Origin: a virus
Taxonomy: Duplodnaviria > Caudoviricetes
DNA length: 64,000 nt
Direction: 5' to 3' (one strand)
Virus record (IMG/VR): IMGVR_UViG_3300033066_000493
Span: 3,067-67,066 of that record
In this document: piece by piece, positions 9,972 through 20,070 of the stretch
Layout: each line of letters starts with the position of its first letter
Numbering within the stretch: the stretch's first letter is position 1
The notes under the pieces: generated by a model
What the model saw: the letters and a program-made list of their open reading frames with translations, nothing else
The model's database searches: none
Told to the model about the DNA's origin: nothing
Translations under genes and position numbers: made by a program

Positions 9972-10705
9972 TATTTATTTAATTTAATAGTTTTAATTAA
10001 TTTATATTTTTTATATCTACCAATCCTGAAAAAATTATCACTTTTACAATTTAAAAATTCTTTAACAAGTTTTCTACCTATTATAATTATTATATCATTA
10101 GATGGTGTTTGTATACTATATTCACTTATATTTGGATGGTTTATACCTTTTATTTCATCCCTTTCTTTACCTTTTTTAATCAGACTCATCTTATTTATAG
10201 TTGATTTAGCATGTTTTTTACCAAACATACCATTTTTATCACCTATTTTATTTTTTGCATAATCACTCATCTTATTTCTAATTTCAATCTTTTTATTTTC
10301 ACTCAGATAATCCCATGTATTACCACCATTACCACCATCATTTAAATTAGTTAATGGTCCTAATTTAGAATTATGTCTACCAATTAATTTTATTAATTCT
10401 ATTTCATTTTCTAAAGATGTTTTTTCATCTAATTTTTCATAAATTTTTAAAATGATAGGTTCTAGGCCATCTTTTAAAATTTTTTTAATCTTATTAACTT
10501 TTTTTCTATTTTTTTCCTTAATTTTATATTCTTTATTAAGTTCCTTTTTGGCACTGTTTAAATGATCATTACATCTATAACTATGTCCTTTACCAATATA
10601 AAATGGTTCATAGTCAAAGTGTAAATCACCATAATTATAATTGCCCGGTTTACGTGGGTCAAGGTAAACGTAATTGTAAAAAATATTTTCTTCTATCATT
10701 ATCAT
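9971..10705 (-). CDS. Free-standing GIY-YIG-type homing endonuclease with NUMOD3 repeats
   Basis: YVYLDPR...PFYIGKG..RCNDH, E..LIKLIGR...LTNLNDGG; NGMFGKKHAKSTINKMS. Confidence 0.8.
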   Translation of the reverse strand: MIMIEENIFYNYVYLDPRKPGNYNYGDLHFDYEPFYIGKGHSYRCNDHLNSAKKELNKEYKIKEKNRKKVNKIKKILKDGLEPIILKIYEKLDEKTSLENEIELIKLIGRHNSKLGPLTNLNDGGNGGNTWDYLSENKKIEIRNKMSDYAKNKIGDKNGMFGKKHAKSTINKMSLIKKGKERDEIKGINHPNISEYSIQTPSNDIIIIIGRKLVKEFLNCKSDNFFRIGRYKKYKLIKTIKLNK

Positions 10706-11739
10706 TTGTTGTAAATCTTATAATCTGAATATTTGAAATTTAATTTTGAATAATCAAAAAGTTTAGTATCAAATTTCTTTTCACCGTTTTTAATTATTCC
10801 ACTATTTAATATATTTATTTCTGTTTTGCCATTTTCTTCTACTTTACTTTCTGTTAAATAATAATTAACATGATTTACTTCACCATAATTATTAATATTA
10901 ACATTTAGTATTAAACCCTTTTCGGTTGGTTTATCTTTTAAAATCCAATGCATCTGGTCTGATATAAAATTACCTAATGAATATGCTATAAGACTATTAT
11001 CATATTGTTTAATACTTTGTGGACAATGACTATGAGCACCCAATACAACATCGAATCCTTTTTTTATTAAAGTATCAGCTATTGTAATTTGTTCTTCATT
11101 TTCAACTTTCATTTCATCTCCAAAATGGAGAGTGATGATATTTATATTATTTTCTATTGGATTTAAATCATTTATACCTGGAAATATAGAAAGTAATTTA
11201 TAATCTTTAGGTAGGTGGTAATATCTAGCAGTTTTTAAAATGTTTAAATCATTTTTAATAGGGAAATAATCTGATAGTAAAGTATAATTATGGAAAACAA
11301 CATTACTATTATTTATTTTAAATTGTCTATCATGTAAATGTTTACTTATACCAACATATTTTAGATCATTCTCTATCAAAACTTCTTCAGTTTTTAATAA
11401 ACCTTTTTCACCATAATCTAATACGTGGTTTTGTGCAACATTTAATAAATTAAATCCTAATTTTTTAAGTTGTTTAGCAAATATATCAGGTGTGGATAAT
11501 TTATAATTTTTACCTTCTTTTGGATATTGAGAAGTATATGGTGTACCATTAAATGTAGTTTCTAAACAGCCTACTAAAAAATCTGATTTATCAAAAATTG
11601 GTTTAACATTTTTGAAAACATCTTTCATATTATAACCATTTTTAGAATAATATTCTATCTGATTATAATGTTGCATAATATCACCAACAAAAGTTATATC
11701 TATATTTTCATGCGTACCATACTCTTTAATATACTTCAT
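10702..11739 (-). CDS. CapA/PgsA-family metallophosphoesterase-fold protein
   Basis: FVGDIM, LETT, NHVLDYGEKG, LHFGDE, GAHSHCPQ, YSLGNFISDQ; leader MKYIKEY. Confidence 0.85.
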   Translation of the reverse strand: MKYIKEYGTHENIDITFVGDIMQHYNQIEYYSKNGYNMKDVFKNVKPIFDKSDFLVGCLETTFNGTPYTSQYPKEGKNYKLSTPDIFAKQLKKLGFNLLNVAQNHVLDYGEKGLLKTEEVLIENDLKYVGISKHLHDRQFKINNSNVVFHNYTLLSDYFPIKNDLNILKTARYYHLPKDYKLLSIFPGINDLNPIENNINIITLHFGDEMKVENEEQITIADTLIKKGFDVVLGAHSHCPQSIKQYDNSLIAYSLGNFISDQMHWILKDKPTEKGLILNVNINNYGEVNHVNYYLTESKVEENGKTEINILNSGIIKNGEKKFDTKLFDYSKLNFKYSDYKIYNK

Positions 11740-11747
11740 ACATGATA

Positions 11748-12875
11748 TTATTTTAAAAGTTTTATTCCAGAATCTGTCAATACTTTCACATTAAGATTAT
11801 TAGCAATATTCTGTAAATTTAAATATAACATTTTACGAATTGTATTAAATTCTTTAGTTTTATTACCAATAACATGTAAATAGTGATTAAATGTATTTGA
11901 TGGTGTATTTGGTTTACTTGATTTTGCAACTATATCTATAGCAACAGAAATATCAGGATTATGCATTAATAATTCAGATGTTATTGATGTAACATCTACG
12001 GCAAATTCTTCTCTTGATAAATCATGTCTTAGTGTTACATCTAACTCAGCTTGTATTAAATATTTAAACACATTTTGTTCATCTTTATTATATTTAGTAA
12101 ATACCTTTTTATATTTATCTAAAGTGAATGGACCTTTTTTAAAGTCAACTATAGATTTTATAGAATATCCTTCTTTTCTAATATCTCTAATAACTTTGTG
12201 TGAATCAATAATCATATCATTCATCAAATCAGAATTTAAAAATAATTCATATTTTAAGTTTTTTGTATCAGGGGTATTAAGATTTTTTATTTTATAAGCA
12301 TGTATAAACTTATCAGTATCCTCTGTAACATTTAAATTATTAGAATCGGGATTACTTAAAAAATAATTATCAATATATTTATGTATAATTTTTTTAAATA
12401 CTATAGCATGACCCAATTCATGTTTAATTGCATTTTCTAAAGTACTTAAAGTTTTAGAATCATTATAAATCAATAAAAAATTAGGATTAATTATAATATC
12501 AATACTTGATTTTGTTTTTATACCCCTTGTACCATTTCTCTTTGCTAATATAGCAATTTCACCACCATAATCAAATCCGGCATCATCTATACAAGTATCA
12601 TAAGATATGGAATTTTTTGTATTATGTGACATACCTTTAAAATCATCTTCATCATTAGGAACTTCTTTTATATTAGGTGTAATAGACATTACTATTTTAC
12701 ATGGAAAATCAGAATTTTCCATTATATTATTAAATGATTCTATTAATTCATTTATATCATTGTAATCTCCATCTGCAAATGTAATTAAAGATCTACGCAA
12801 ATCCTTTAAAACATCATTTGGAACATCAACATAACCTTCATTTATAAATTCATAATACTCTTTAATATATTTCAT
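11748..12875 (-). CDS. Putative zinc metallopeptidase, probable virion protein
   Basis: IKHELGH (HExxH) with downstream REE; leader MKYIKEYYEFINE. Confidence 0.5.
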   Translation of the reverse strand: MKYIKEYYEFINEGYVDVPNDVLKDLRRSLITFADGDYNDINELIESFNNIMENSDFPCKIVMSITPNIKEVPNDEDDFKGMSHNTKNSISYDTCIDDAGFDYGGEIAILAKRNGTRGIKTKSSIDIIINPNFLLIYNDSKTLSTLENAIKHELGHAIVFKKIIHKYIDNYFLSNPDSNNLNVTEDTDKFIHAYKIKNLNTPDTKNLKYELFLNSDLMNDMIIDSHKVIRDIRKEGYSIKSIVDFKKGPFTLDKYKKVFTKYNKDEQNVFKYLIQAELDVTLRHDLSREEFAVDVTSITSELLMHNPDISVAIDIVAKSSKPNTPSNTFNHYLHVIGNKTKEFNTIRKMLYLNLQNIANNLNVKVLTDSGIKLLK

Positions 12876-13588
12876 TACATAATGATATTTTTATATTTTA
12901 TTGGTTTAAAGAAATACATACCTATGTTAAAATTTACATTCCAACCAACTGGTAACCAACATTCAACATCAATATTTGCTTTAAATCTTGATATAGCAGA
13001 AGCCAAAACTTGTCCACCAGAATCTAAACATAAGAATTTTTTACATGAGTATATTAAATCACAATATTCAAAAATATCATTAAACTGGTATTGCTCAAAT
13101 TGATTTAAAGAATAATAGTTAAAAGAATTCTTTTTAGATTTAATAACTATACATTCTTGTTTATTCTGTATATCATCCGTTATATATTTTATTGAATCAT
13201 CATTATATCTATCTTTTGCTGATATAGCACTAAAATCTATAATTGTTTTATCAGAAAATTCTTTTTTGATTTTTGGATAGTAATAAATTATAGGTAAATG
13301 ATTTTTAAATCCGAATCCATGATAATCTTCCATAGCATCAACTATAGAAGAAGCTCCTCTATATCCACCTGGATGTCTACAACTACCAGCATTTGGAACG
13401 TCTGGCGAGTAACCATTAACGTAAGGATTACAATCCCACACAAGTTCTTTTATTTCTGGATTACGATAAACATTCTTATCTGATATAAAACAAGGAATAT
13501 TAGCATGATAACATAATTCTGGGATTGTGGAAAATTGTAAATTGTCGCCAAGGCCGCCAAAATCTTGATGTATAATATATCTATTCAT
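12875..13588 (-). CDS. Putative glycosyltransferase (GT-B/GT9-like)
   Basis: GGLGDNLQFS at the N-terminus, FLCLDSGGQVLA near the C-terminus; island context. Confidence 0.45.
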   Translation of the reverse strand: MNRYIIHQDFGGLGDNLQFSTIPELCYHANIPCFISDKNVYRNPEIKELVWDCNPYVNGYSPDVPNAGSCRHPGGYRGASSIVDAMEDYHGFGFKNHLPIIYYYPKIKKEFSDKTIIDFSAISAKDRYNDDSIKYITDDIQNKQECIVIKSKKNSFNYYSLNQFEQYQFNDIFEYCDLIYSCKKFLCLDSGGQVLASAISRFKANIDVECWLPVGWNVNFNIGMYFFKPIKYKNIIM

Positions 13589-14208
13589 AGTTTAATGTTA
13601 TGTTCTATATAATATCGAAAAGCTGTATAGCTCATTTTTGTATTATTATCATGATTAATCATTTTAAGTATAGTATTAAGGGGTATATCATACTCTAAAT
13701 GTTTTTCTATAAAACTTTTATGTTTTTCGAATGGACTAATTTTTAAACTTTTTGAACCTTTTGGTCTACCTAATTTTACACCTTTAAGTTTAGCTGCTTC
13801 TAAACCTGCATGTGTTCTATCAATTATAAATTTTCGTTCTAATTCTGCAAATTGTGAATATAATGGTATAAGTAATTCTCTTTTTTCACTTGTTATAGAT
13901 AATTCGGGTTGCATTATAAATATAATATTTACATTATTTTTTGTAAGATTATCAATTATATTTAAAATTTCAAATGTATTTCGTCCCAATCTTGAAAGTT
14001 CAGAAATAATTAATGTACCGCCTTCTGATAATTTCTCCAATAAGGTATCTATCATTCTTTTTTTATTTGATGCTATGCCAGATATTTCAATTTCTATTAT
14101 TTCATCTAATTCTATTTTATTTTGTTTAGAATATTCTAAAATCATATTTCTCTGTACATCTAAATTTTGAGATTTTGATGATACACGTACATAACCTATA
14201 TTTTTCAC
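13585..14208 (-). CDS. Serine recombinase (resolvase/invertase family)
   Basis: IGYVRVSS..Q (catalytic Ser), ISG, SELSRLGR, AELER..I..RT.AGL..A...G..LGRP; GTG start overlaps the upstream stop. Confidence 0.92.
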   Translation of the reverse strand: MKNIGYVRVSSKSQNLDVQRNMILEYSKQNKIELDEIIEIEISGIASNKKRMIDTLLEKLSEGGTLIISELSRLGRNTFEILNIIDNLTKNNVNIIFIMQPELSITSEKRELLIPLYSQFAELERKFIIDRTHAGLEAAKLKGVKLGRPKGSKSLKISPFEKHKSFIEKHLEYDIPLNTILKMINHDNNTKMSYTAFRYYIEHNIKL

Positions 14209-14870
14209 GTATACTCCGGATAAAGTTCTTGAAATCTTTTATATTCATTTATTAAAAATTCGGTAGGATTTATTGCTCTACATGGATTATCATATGAAGA
14301 ATGTATTCCTCTCCACCCAAGGTGTTCACAATAACTAGTTTTTGATATTACAAAATTATCAAATGCGTGTGATATTTGCCAATCCCAATTATCGCATGGC
14401 AACCTATCATTAGTTATAGAATTATAAACATTCAATGCATATTTTCTATTAAAAAAAATTGAATTACCTGTTATAACCTTTTTAACTAATAAATTTTCAT
14501 TATATTCTGATTCTGTTTTATGAAAATCTGTATTAAATATTGATGATATACCATTAAATTGTTCATAAATTTCTAATAGTTTATCTATAAAAAATTCATC
14601 ATGTATAGTATCATTATCAGTTAAGTAGCAAAAATCTGAATTTGAATCTATAAAATGTTTTATTTGATGTTTTCTTATTTTTGCTATACCAGTTTTTTCT
14701 TTATATGATATTACATTAGTTGTGAATTGTTTTAAAAAACTTAAATCATAATCTGTAGAATTATCATCATATAAAAATAATTTAGAATCTTTTTTATATT
14801 GATTTATATTATTTAATGTGAATTCTGTTATATCTTTTCTATTTAATGTGGTAATATAAATATTTATCAT
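14205..14870 (-). CDS. GT2-like glycosyltransferase
   Basis: YITTLNR, LYDDNSTD, YLTDND, CEHLG. Confidence 0.7.
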   Translation of the reverse strand: MINIYITTLNRKDITEFTLNNINQYKKDSKLFLYDDNSTDYDLSFLKQFTTNVISYKEKTGIAKIRKHQIKHFIDSNSDFCYLTDNDTIHDEFFIDKLLEIYEQFNGISSIFNTDFHKTESEYNENLLVKKVITGNSIFFNRKYALNVYNSITNDRLPCDNWDWQISHAFDNFVISKTSYCEHLGWRGIHSSYDNPCRAINPTEFLINEYKRFQELYPEYT

Positions 14871-14875
14871 ATAAA

Positions 14876-15373
14876 TTAATTTTTAATATAAAAACCTATA
14901 ATATTATCAGAATTAACACATTTAAGTTCTGGATATCTTTGATGCATTAATTGTGGTGTTAAATCATCCTGTAAATGTATCTCATAAATATTATCTTCAT
15001 GGATACCTTGTCTATATCTATATGGTACAGAAACTATAATTTCTTTACATCTGTTATATGCATATTTTAATACTTTTTGGGCATCAGGCACTGATAAATG
15101 CTCTAATATATCACCAAAAATAATTATATCATAATATTCATATTCAAAATCTACAATATTTGCATTGTATGTTTTTCTATAAACTTTTGATAAATTATAT
15201 CTATCAATATATGGTTGGAATATCTCAACACAATCTATATTATCATATTCTCGTAATAATGTAGCATATGTTCCTATACCAGGACCAACATCTAATATAG
15301 ATGAATCTACATTAAAATTATTTATTATGTATTCTCTAATTTCTTTTTTAAAATTTGTATAGCTTTCAGGCAT
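14876..15373 (-). CDS. SAM-dependent methyltransferase
   Basis: ILDVGPGIG, DCVEI, FGDILEHL, VSVP. Confidence 0.8.
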   Translation of the reverse strand: MPESYTNFKKEIREYIINNFNVDSSILDVGPGIGTYATLLREYDNIDCVEIFQPYIDRYNLSKVYRKTYNANIVDFEYEYYDIIIFGDILEHLSVPDAQKVLKYAYNRCKEIIVSVPYRYRQGIHEDNIYEIHLQDDLTPQLMHQRYPELKCVNSDNIIGFYIKN

Positions 15374-15388
15374 AGTTTTATTTATTAA

Positions 15389-16102
15389 TTATTCATAATC
15401 ATTTGGACCTTTACCCATAAATGATTTCATATGTGGATATACATTAATTACAGCATTTGGATCAGGATTAATAGTTGATTTATTTATAGGTTGACTGCAT
15501 AAATTTGGCACCAAAGAATAGATATTATATTTAAATGTTTTTTGTAATTTACTACAATAATTATCAGCTATCTGGAAACATTCATCCATACCTTCTAAAT
15601 ATGCATCATACATATCAGATTTAATACCATATGCTATACATCCGGTAACATCATAAGTAGTGAATATTTTATTTTCGGCACCATATATCCACCTATGTTG
15701 ATGACTCCAACGCCATAATCCAGAATACAAATATATTAAATTCCAATTGTTTGGAATTAAATCTAAATATGATTGTATTATATCATTAAAATTTTTCAAA
15801 AAAACAACATCATCTTCTAGAATTAATATAGATTTATAGCCACGTTCTTTTGCTATCCTTATACATGAGTAATGACTAATACTACAATTTATTTCATTTT
15901 TATTACCAAAATCGTGACCATTATATTTGTGTTTATAAAATAAATCAAACATATATTTATTAAAACCATATCTAGTAGCATTAAAAAATTCTACATCAAT
16001 ACCGAGTTTAACAAATCTATCATTTACAGATTGCCTACGTTCTTTAGACTCTACTAAATTGATACAAAAAACATGGTCAAAAAAAATATTAATTGTATGC
16101 AT
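15389..16102 (-). CDS. GT25 family glycosyltransferase
   Basis: CINL...ERR, C.ISHY, ILILEDD, WNLIYL, AYGI. Confidence 0.8.
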   Translation of the reverse strand: MHTINIFFDHVFCINLVESKERRQSVNDRFVKLGIDVEFFNATRYGFNKYMFDLFYKHKYNGHDFGNKNEINCSISHYSCIRIAKERGYKSILILEDDVVFLKNFNDIIQSYLDLIPNNWNLIYLYSGLWRWSHQHRWIYGAENKIFTTYDVTGCIAYGIKSDMYDAYLEGMDECFQIADNYCSKLQKTFKYNIYSLVPNLCSQPINKSTINPDPNAVINVYPHMKSFMGKGPNDYE

Positions 16103-16253
16103 TCTTTTGGTTTATAATTTCTTTTATAGAATAATACATAAATTTACAATAAGCTATAGGATAATATAATATATCACTCATAGTAAATGGTGATATAAAT
16201 CTATAACTTTCCAAATAGAAAAATCTATTTAACTCTATTAATTTCTTTATCAT
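16089..16253 (-). CDS. Small hypothetical protein (54 aa, below ORF-track cutoff)
   Basis: Open frame MIKKLIELNRFF...NAYN fills the gap; its start forms an ATGA overlap with the stop of 16250-16954. Confidence 0.4.
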   Translation of the reverse strand: MIKKLIELNRFFYLESYRFISPFTMSDILYYPIAYCKFMYYSIKEIINQKNAYN

Positions 16254-16954
16254 ATATAATCTTCTCTTTCATTTACTCCAAATGTTGAAACCCAAGAAAA
16301 ATAATCCAATTTTGTTTTACCATCACCTCTAATATTAGAGATATCAGATTCTTGTCCACACAAATTAGGAAATACAGAGTATATATTCAAATCTGGATAA
16401 TCCATAAATAATCTATATCTAGAATCTATTATACGGAAATCATTATCAAGTGAGTCTATTATAGTATCATACATATTAGAATTTATAGCATATGAGCTTG
16501 CACAATGTGCTTCTGTTGGTTTAAATAACATTATATCACTATCATTATATGATATATTTTCGCGACATTTATTATGATACATCATTGTATAAAAGAAAAG
16601 CATATTCCAATATTCTGGTAATATGCTCATGTATTTTGGTAACAAATTATTAAAATCTTTGTGAAAAACACAATCATCTTCAAATATAAAAATATTTTTA
16701 TAATTCCGTTCTTTTGCTATTTTAATGATACTGTAATGTGCGATTGCACAGGAGATTTCGCCAGGATTAACAAGATCATGTCCGGCACGTTGTAATAACT
16801 GTAATAATTTATCAGCAAACCCAAATTCTACTGTTGTAAAGAATTCAACATTTTTTATTCCAAATTTATCAAAACGTTTTATCATTTTTTGTTTTCTATC
16901 AGGCCTATTTATAAGGTTGATACAAAAAATATGATCAAAATAATTATGCAGCAT
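16250..16954 (-). CDS. GT25 family glycosyltransferase
   Basis: CINLINRPDR, GEISCAIAH, IFEDD, ASSYAIN. Confidence 0.82.
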   Translation of the reverse strand: MLHNYFDHIFCINLINRPDRKQKMIKRFDKFGIKNVEFFTTVEFGFADKLLQLLQRAGHDLVNPGEISCAIAHYSIIKIAKERNYKNIFIFEDDCVFHKDFNNLLPKYMSILPEYWNMLFFYTMMYHNKCRENISYNDSDIMLFKPTEAHCASSYAINSNMYDTIIDSLDNDFRIIDSRYRLFMDYPDLNIYSVFPNLCGQESDISNIRGDGKTKLDYFSWVSTFGVNEREDYI

Positions 16955-17294
16955 AACCAGTTATTGTAAATTTATAAATTTTATTTTTAATACAATTAAT
17001 ATCTCTAAACCCATCTAAATCAAATAAATCAGCTTTATCTGGATACCATAATTCTATTTCTATCTCACAAGAATAATATGAATCCTGTATCAGATTTTTC
17101 ATACTTAATTTACTTTTTATTTTAACATCATTATCAAAATATTTTCTAAGATATCTATGCATTTTAGATTTAAAAACTCTAAGGTTTTCTCTACTTTCAG
17201 TTTCAAATACATGATCAGATATAACTTTTTTATAAAATTTTGATTGAGTATTTAATGAAATATCATCATCAAATTCTTGTATTTTTTTGTTCAT
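16944..17294 (-). CDS. Hypothetical protein
   Basis: 116-aa ORF coupled to the downstream gene; no motif recognised. Confidence 0.6.
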   Translation of the reverse strand: MNKKIQEFDDDISLNTQSKFYKKVISDHVFETESRENLRVFKSKMHRYLRKYFDNDVKIKSKLSMKNLIQDSYYSCEIEIELWYPDKADLFDLDGFRDINCIKNKIYKFTITGYAA

Positions 17295-17349
17295 TTTTGT
17301 ATGAAAAATAATTCGGTAATATTGTTAATTAACTATAGTGAATGATGTG

Positions 17350-18045
17350 TCATTCATAATCTGTAAAATTCTTACCAGCATATGATAAAATACCTGTGTG
17401 CCAATAATCTGTCTCAGATTTGATCAAATTGGAGTAGGAAAATCCTTGTCTTGTCAGATTCGGGGATGCAAAATACATTTTATTATTAGTATCATGCTGA
17501 AGTTTCATATAAAAAACATCAATTATATCAATTCTTTCATCTAAACCATTTAATATTTTATCGTAAAATTTAGAATGTACCGCATAAGCTGCTGCTGCAT
17601 TACAATGACAAGCTTTTCTCCAAAATGGTTCTACTGCCCAATCATTTCGTTCATCCATTTTCCAAATATTACAAGTAAAGTAGGCTAGATCGTAATCAAC
17701 AGGAAGAGCATCTAAATAAGATTGAATTATATCATTAAAATTCTTTAAGAATTCTGTATCATCCTCAAGTATTAAAATTGATTTATAACCATTCACTTTT
17801 GCATTATAAATGCAAGCATAATGTGATGACATACATGAAAATTCTCCAGCATTTTTAAATCGCAAATCATTATTATTTGCCATATACATTAATAATTGAT
17901 TAGCCCATGGATATTCAACAGCAGTATAAAATTCAGCTACTATACCTAATTTATTCAATCGTTCTTGTATTTTAGTTTTTCTATCAGGTCTGTTTACAAG
18001 ATTAATGATATAAATTTTTTCAAAGAAAATATTTAAAGGATGCAT
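17350..18045 (-). CDS. GT25 family glycosyltransferase
   Basis: IINLVNRPDR, GEFSCMSSH, LILEDD, AAAYAV. Confidence 0.82.
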   Translation of the reverse strand: MHPLNIFFEKIYIINLVNRPDRKTKIQERLNKLGIVAEFYTAVEYPWANQLLMYMANNNDLRFKNAGEFSCMSSHYACIYNAKVNGYKSILILEDDTEFLKNFNDIIQSYLDALPVDYDLAYFTCNIWKMDERNDWAVEPFWRKACHCNAAAAYAVHSKFYDKILNGLDERIDIIDVFYMKLQHDTNNKMYFASPNLTRQGFSYSNLIKSETDYWHTGILSYAGKNFTDYE

Positions 18046-18105
18046 ATTTATATTATTTTTTAAAATAAGAATTATACGAAGATACTAAAAAATGTTTAAC
18101 AATCT

Positions 18106-20025
18106 TTAAATATAATCTTTTCTGTCACTATATTCGGTATTTATAAAATTATCCCAATTAGCATGTTTACCTTTAAAATTATCACTAAATTCTTCTCCAT
18201 TTTGTATGACCAATTGTGGGTAACTTATTAAAGCTTTATATTTTTCTGGATATGGAAAAATATTATTTAAAAGAAATCTATCTAATTCCCATTCAAATTT
18301 ATCTTTATAATAATCTAAAATTACTTGGTAAAATTTAAAATTTATACAATACATCGAACATCCCCAACTATTATGTGCTGGTTGTAATGGTGAATCATAT
18401 TTTTTAATTGTTGTTTGATATCTCATTTCTCCATTTTTTTCTTTTTCAAATTGATAGTGACCATCGAAGGTAGCATGACCGAATAAAATAATATCAAAAT
18501 CTTTATGATTGGTTTCTAAATCAACAATTATATCATGAAACGCTGGCTGTAGGTTATTATAAAACAAATTATCATCCTCCATAATTAAGATATTACGCCA
18601 TCCATTTTGTTTAGCTTGCCATATCAAATCCAAATGCGAGATTAAACATCCGAGATATCCACCAGTTCTTTTAACTAAAACATTTTCATCTACTAAAGGT
18701 TTTAGTATTTCACCATTGATTCCGTAGTAGCGTTCAGCTTTATATATTCCAAACTTCTCTAAACGTTCTTTACATTTAATCCATCTGTCTTCCCGTTGAC
18801 GTAGGTTAATAACAAACACACGCTCAAAGTAATTGTCTATTGTATGAAAAACAGGCATTAGGCTTCGTTTCTGTTCGTTTTCTATTTCAACTTGTTCTAG
18901 GAATAATTGTTTATTTTTTTTAATTCGTATTTTATCATTTTCACTAATATACTTACTGTTTAAAAATTTATCAATATATGTACAACCTTCTTTATATTCT
19001 TTTGTTTCCCAACATATTAATGATAAAATATCTAATGGATATTCAAAATGATATTTAGGATCAAAAAATAATATAACATCATCAGGTGGTGGCAATTTAA
19101 AAGCTGTTTTTGCATAATCTTTTGATTTTTCAAGATCTTTTATCTTATCATTATAAAGATAAAGTTTTGATAAAAGAACATATGCATCTGCTCTTCTAGG
19201 ATCTATTTTAGTGGCACAATCTAAGCAATAAATAGCTTTGCTTATATCATTTTTTTCAACATAACATGTAGAAGCATCCAACATTGTAAGGTATTGTTCA
19301 TCTTTCCAATAATAATTTATCTTTTTTGCAACTTCTAAATATTGATGATAATTTTTTAATGCATCATCCCATTTTTGCATATCTTTATAAGTTCTGGCTA
19401 AATAAAACCACCCTCTAGTATCATCTGGGTTTTCTTGTAAGTGTTCTGTTAAATTTTTAACATAAAAATCAAATGTTTTATGGTAATTCTTACCTTTCAA
19501 TTTATGTTTATGCCATACTACTATATTTTTATCAACAACTCTTTTATTGGACGGAATAAACATAGCTTCATGAATTCTTGGACCAACAAATTTCCAACCA
19601 TTATTATAATTATGGTTTTTCCAAATTCTATTTCTTGTATAATTTATAGTTTTCTTATCATCCAAGGTTATATCTGATATGAATGTTTCAAAATAATCTA
19701 CATCAGGATTATCAATAACATGTTTTAATAAGTCGGTTGGATTTTCTTTTAAAAATTCATCAGCATCCATCCAAAGTATATAATCTATATCTGGTAATGA
19801 ATCAACAAATTCTAAAACTTTATTTTTAGTATCAACAAAATTAGTGAATTGTGTTTCATACACTTCACCATATTTTTTAATTATTTTTTTTGTAGAATCT
19901 GTAGAACCTGTATCAAAAATGATAAATTTATCAACCATAAACTCAACTGACTTTATCATTCTTTCTAAAACTTCTTCTTCATCTTTAACTATAGCACAAC
20001 ATGCTATTCTAGGCTTATCTGACAT
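18106..20025 (-). CDS. Multidomain glycosyltransferase: GT2 + TPR + GT25
   Basis: N-terminal IVKDEE, DTGSTD, WMDADE, IHE (GT2); central FYLARTY...A...Y and PRRADAY (TPR); C-terminal VINLRQREDR, GCLISHL, IMEDD (GT25). Confidence 0.85.
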   Translation of the reverse strand: MSDKPRIACCAIVKDEEEVLERMIKSVEFMVDKFIIFDTGSTDSTKKIIKKYGEVYETQFTNFVDTKNKVLEFVDSLPDIDYILWMDADEFLKENPTDLLKHVIDNPDVDYFETFISDITLDDKKTINYTRNRIWKNHNYNNGWKFVGPRIHEAMFIPSNKRVVDKNIVVWHKHKLKGKNYHKTFDFYVKNLTEHLQENPDDTRGWFYLARTYKDMQKWDDALKNYHQYLEVAKKINYYWKDEQYLTMLDASTCYVEKNDISKAIYCLDCATKIDPRRADAYVLLSKLYLYNDKIKDLEKSKDYAKTAFKLPPPDDVILFFDPKYHFEYPLDILSLICWETKEYKEGCTYIDKFLNSKYISENDKIRIKKNKQLFLEQVEIENEQKRSLMPVFHTIDNYFERVFVINLRQREDRWIKCKERLEKFGIYKAERYYGINGEILKPLVDENVLVKRTGGYLGCLISHLDLIWQAKQNGWRNILIMEDDNLFYNNLQPAFHDIIVDLETNHKDFDIILFGHATFDGHYQFEKEKNGEMRYQTTIKKYDSPLQPAHNSWGCSMYCINFKFYQVILDYYKDKFEWELDRFLLNNIFPYPEKYKALISYPQLVIQNGEEFSDNFKGKHANWDNFINTEYSDRKDYI

Positions 20026-20070
20026 GACTTAAACAAAATAATGAATAAAACTTTATCTATATATTTAAAC

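Noticed and set aside
13585-14208. IS607/IS200-605 element
   Set aside because: No N-terminal HTH of IS607 TnpA and no adjacent TnpB.
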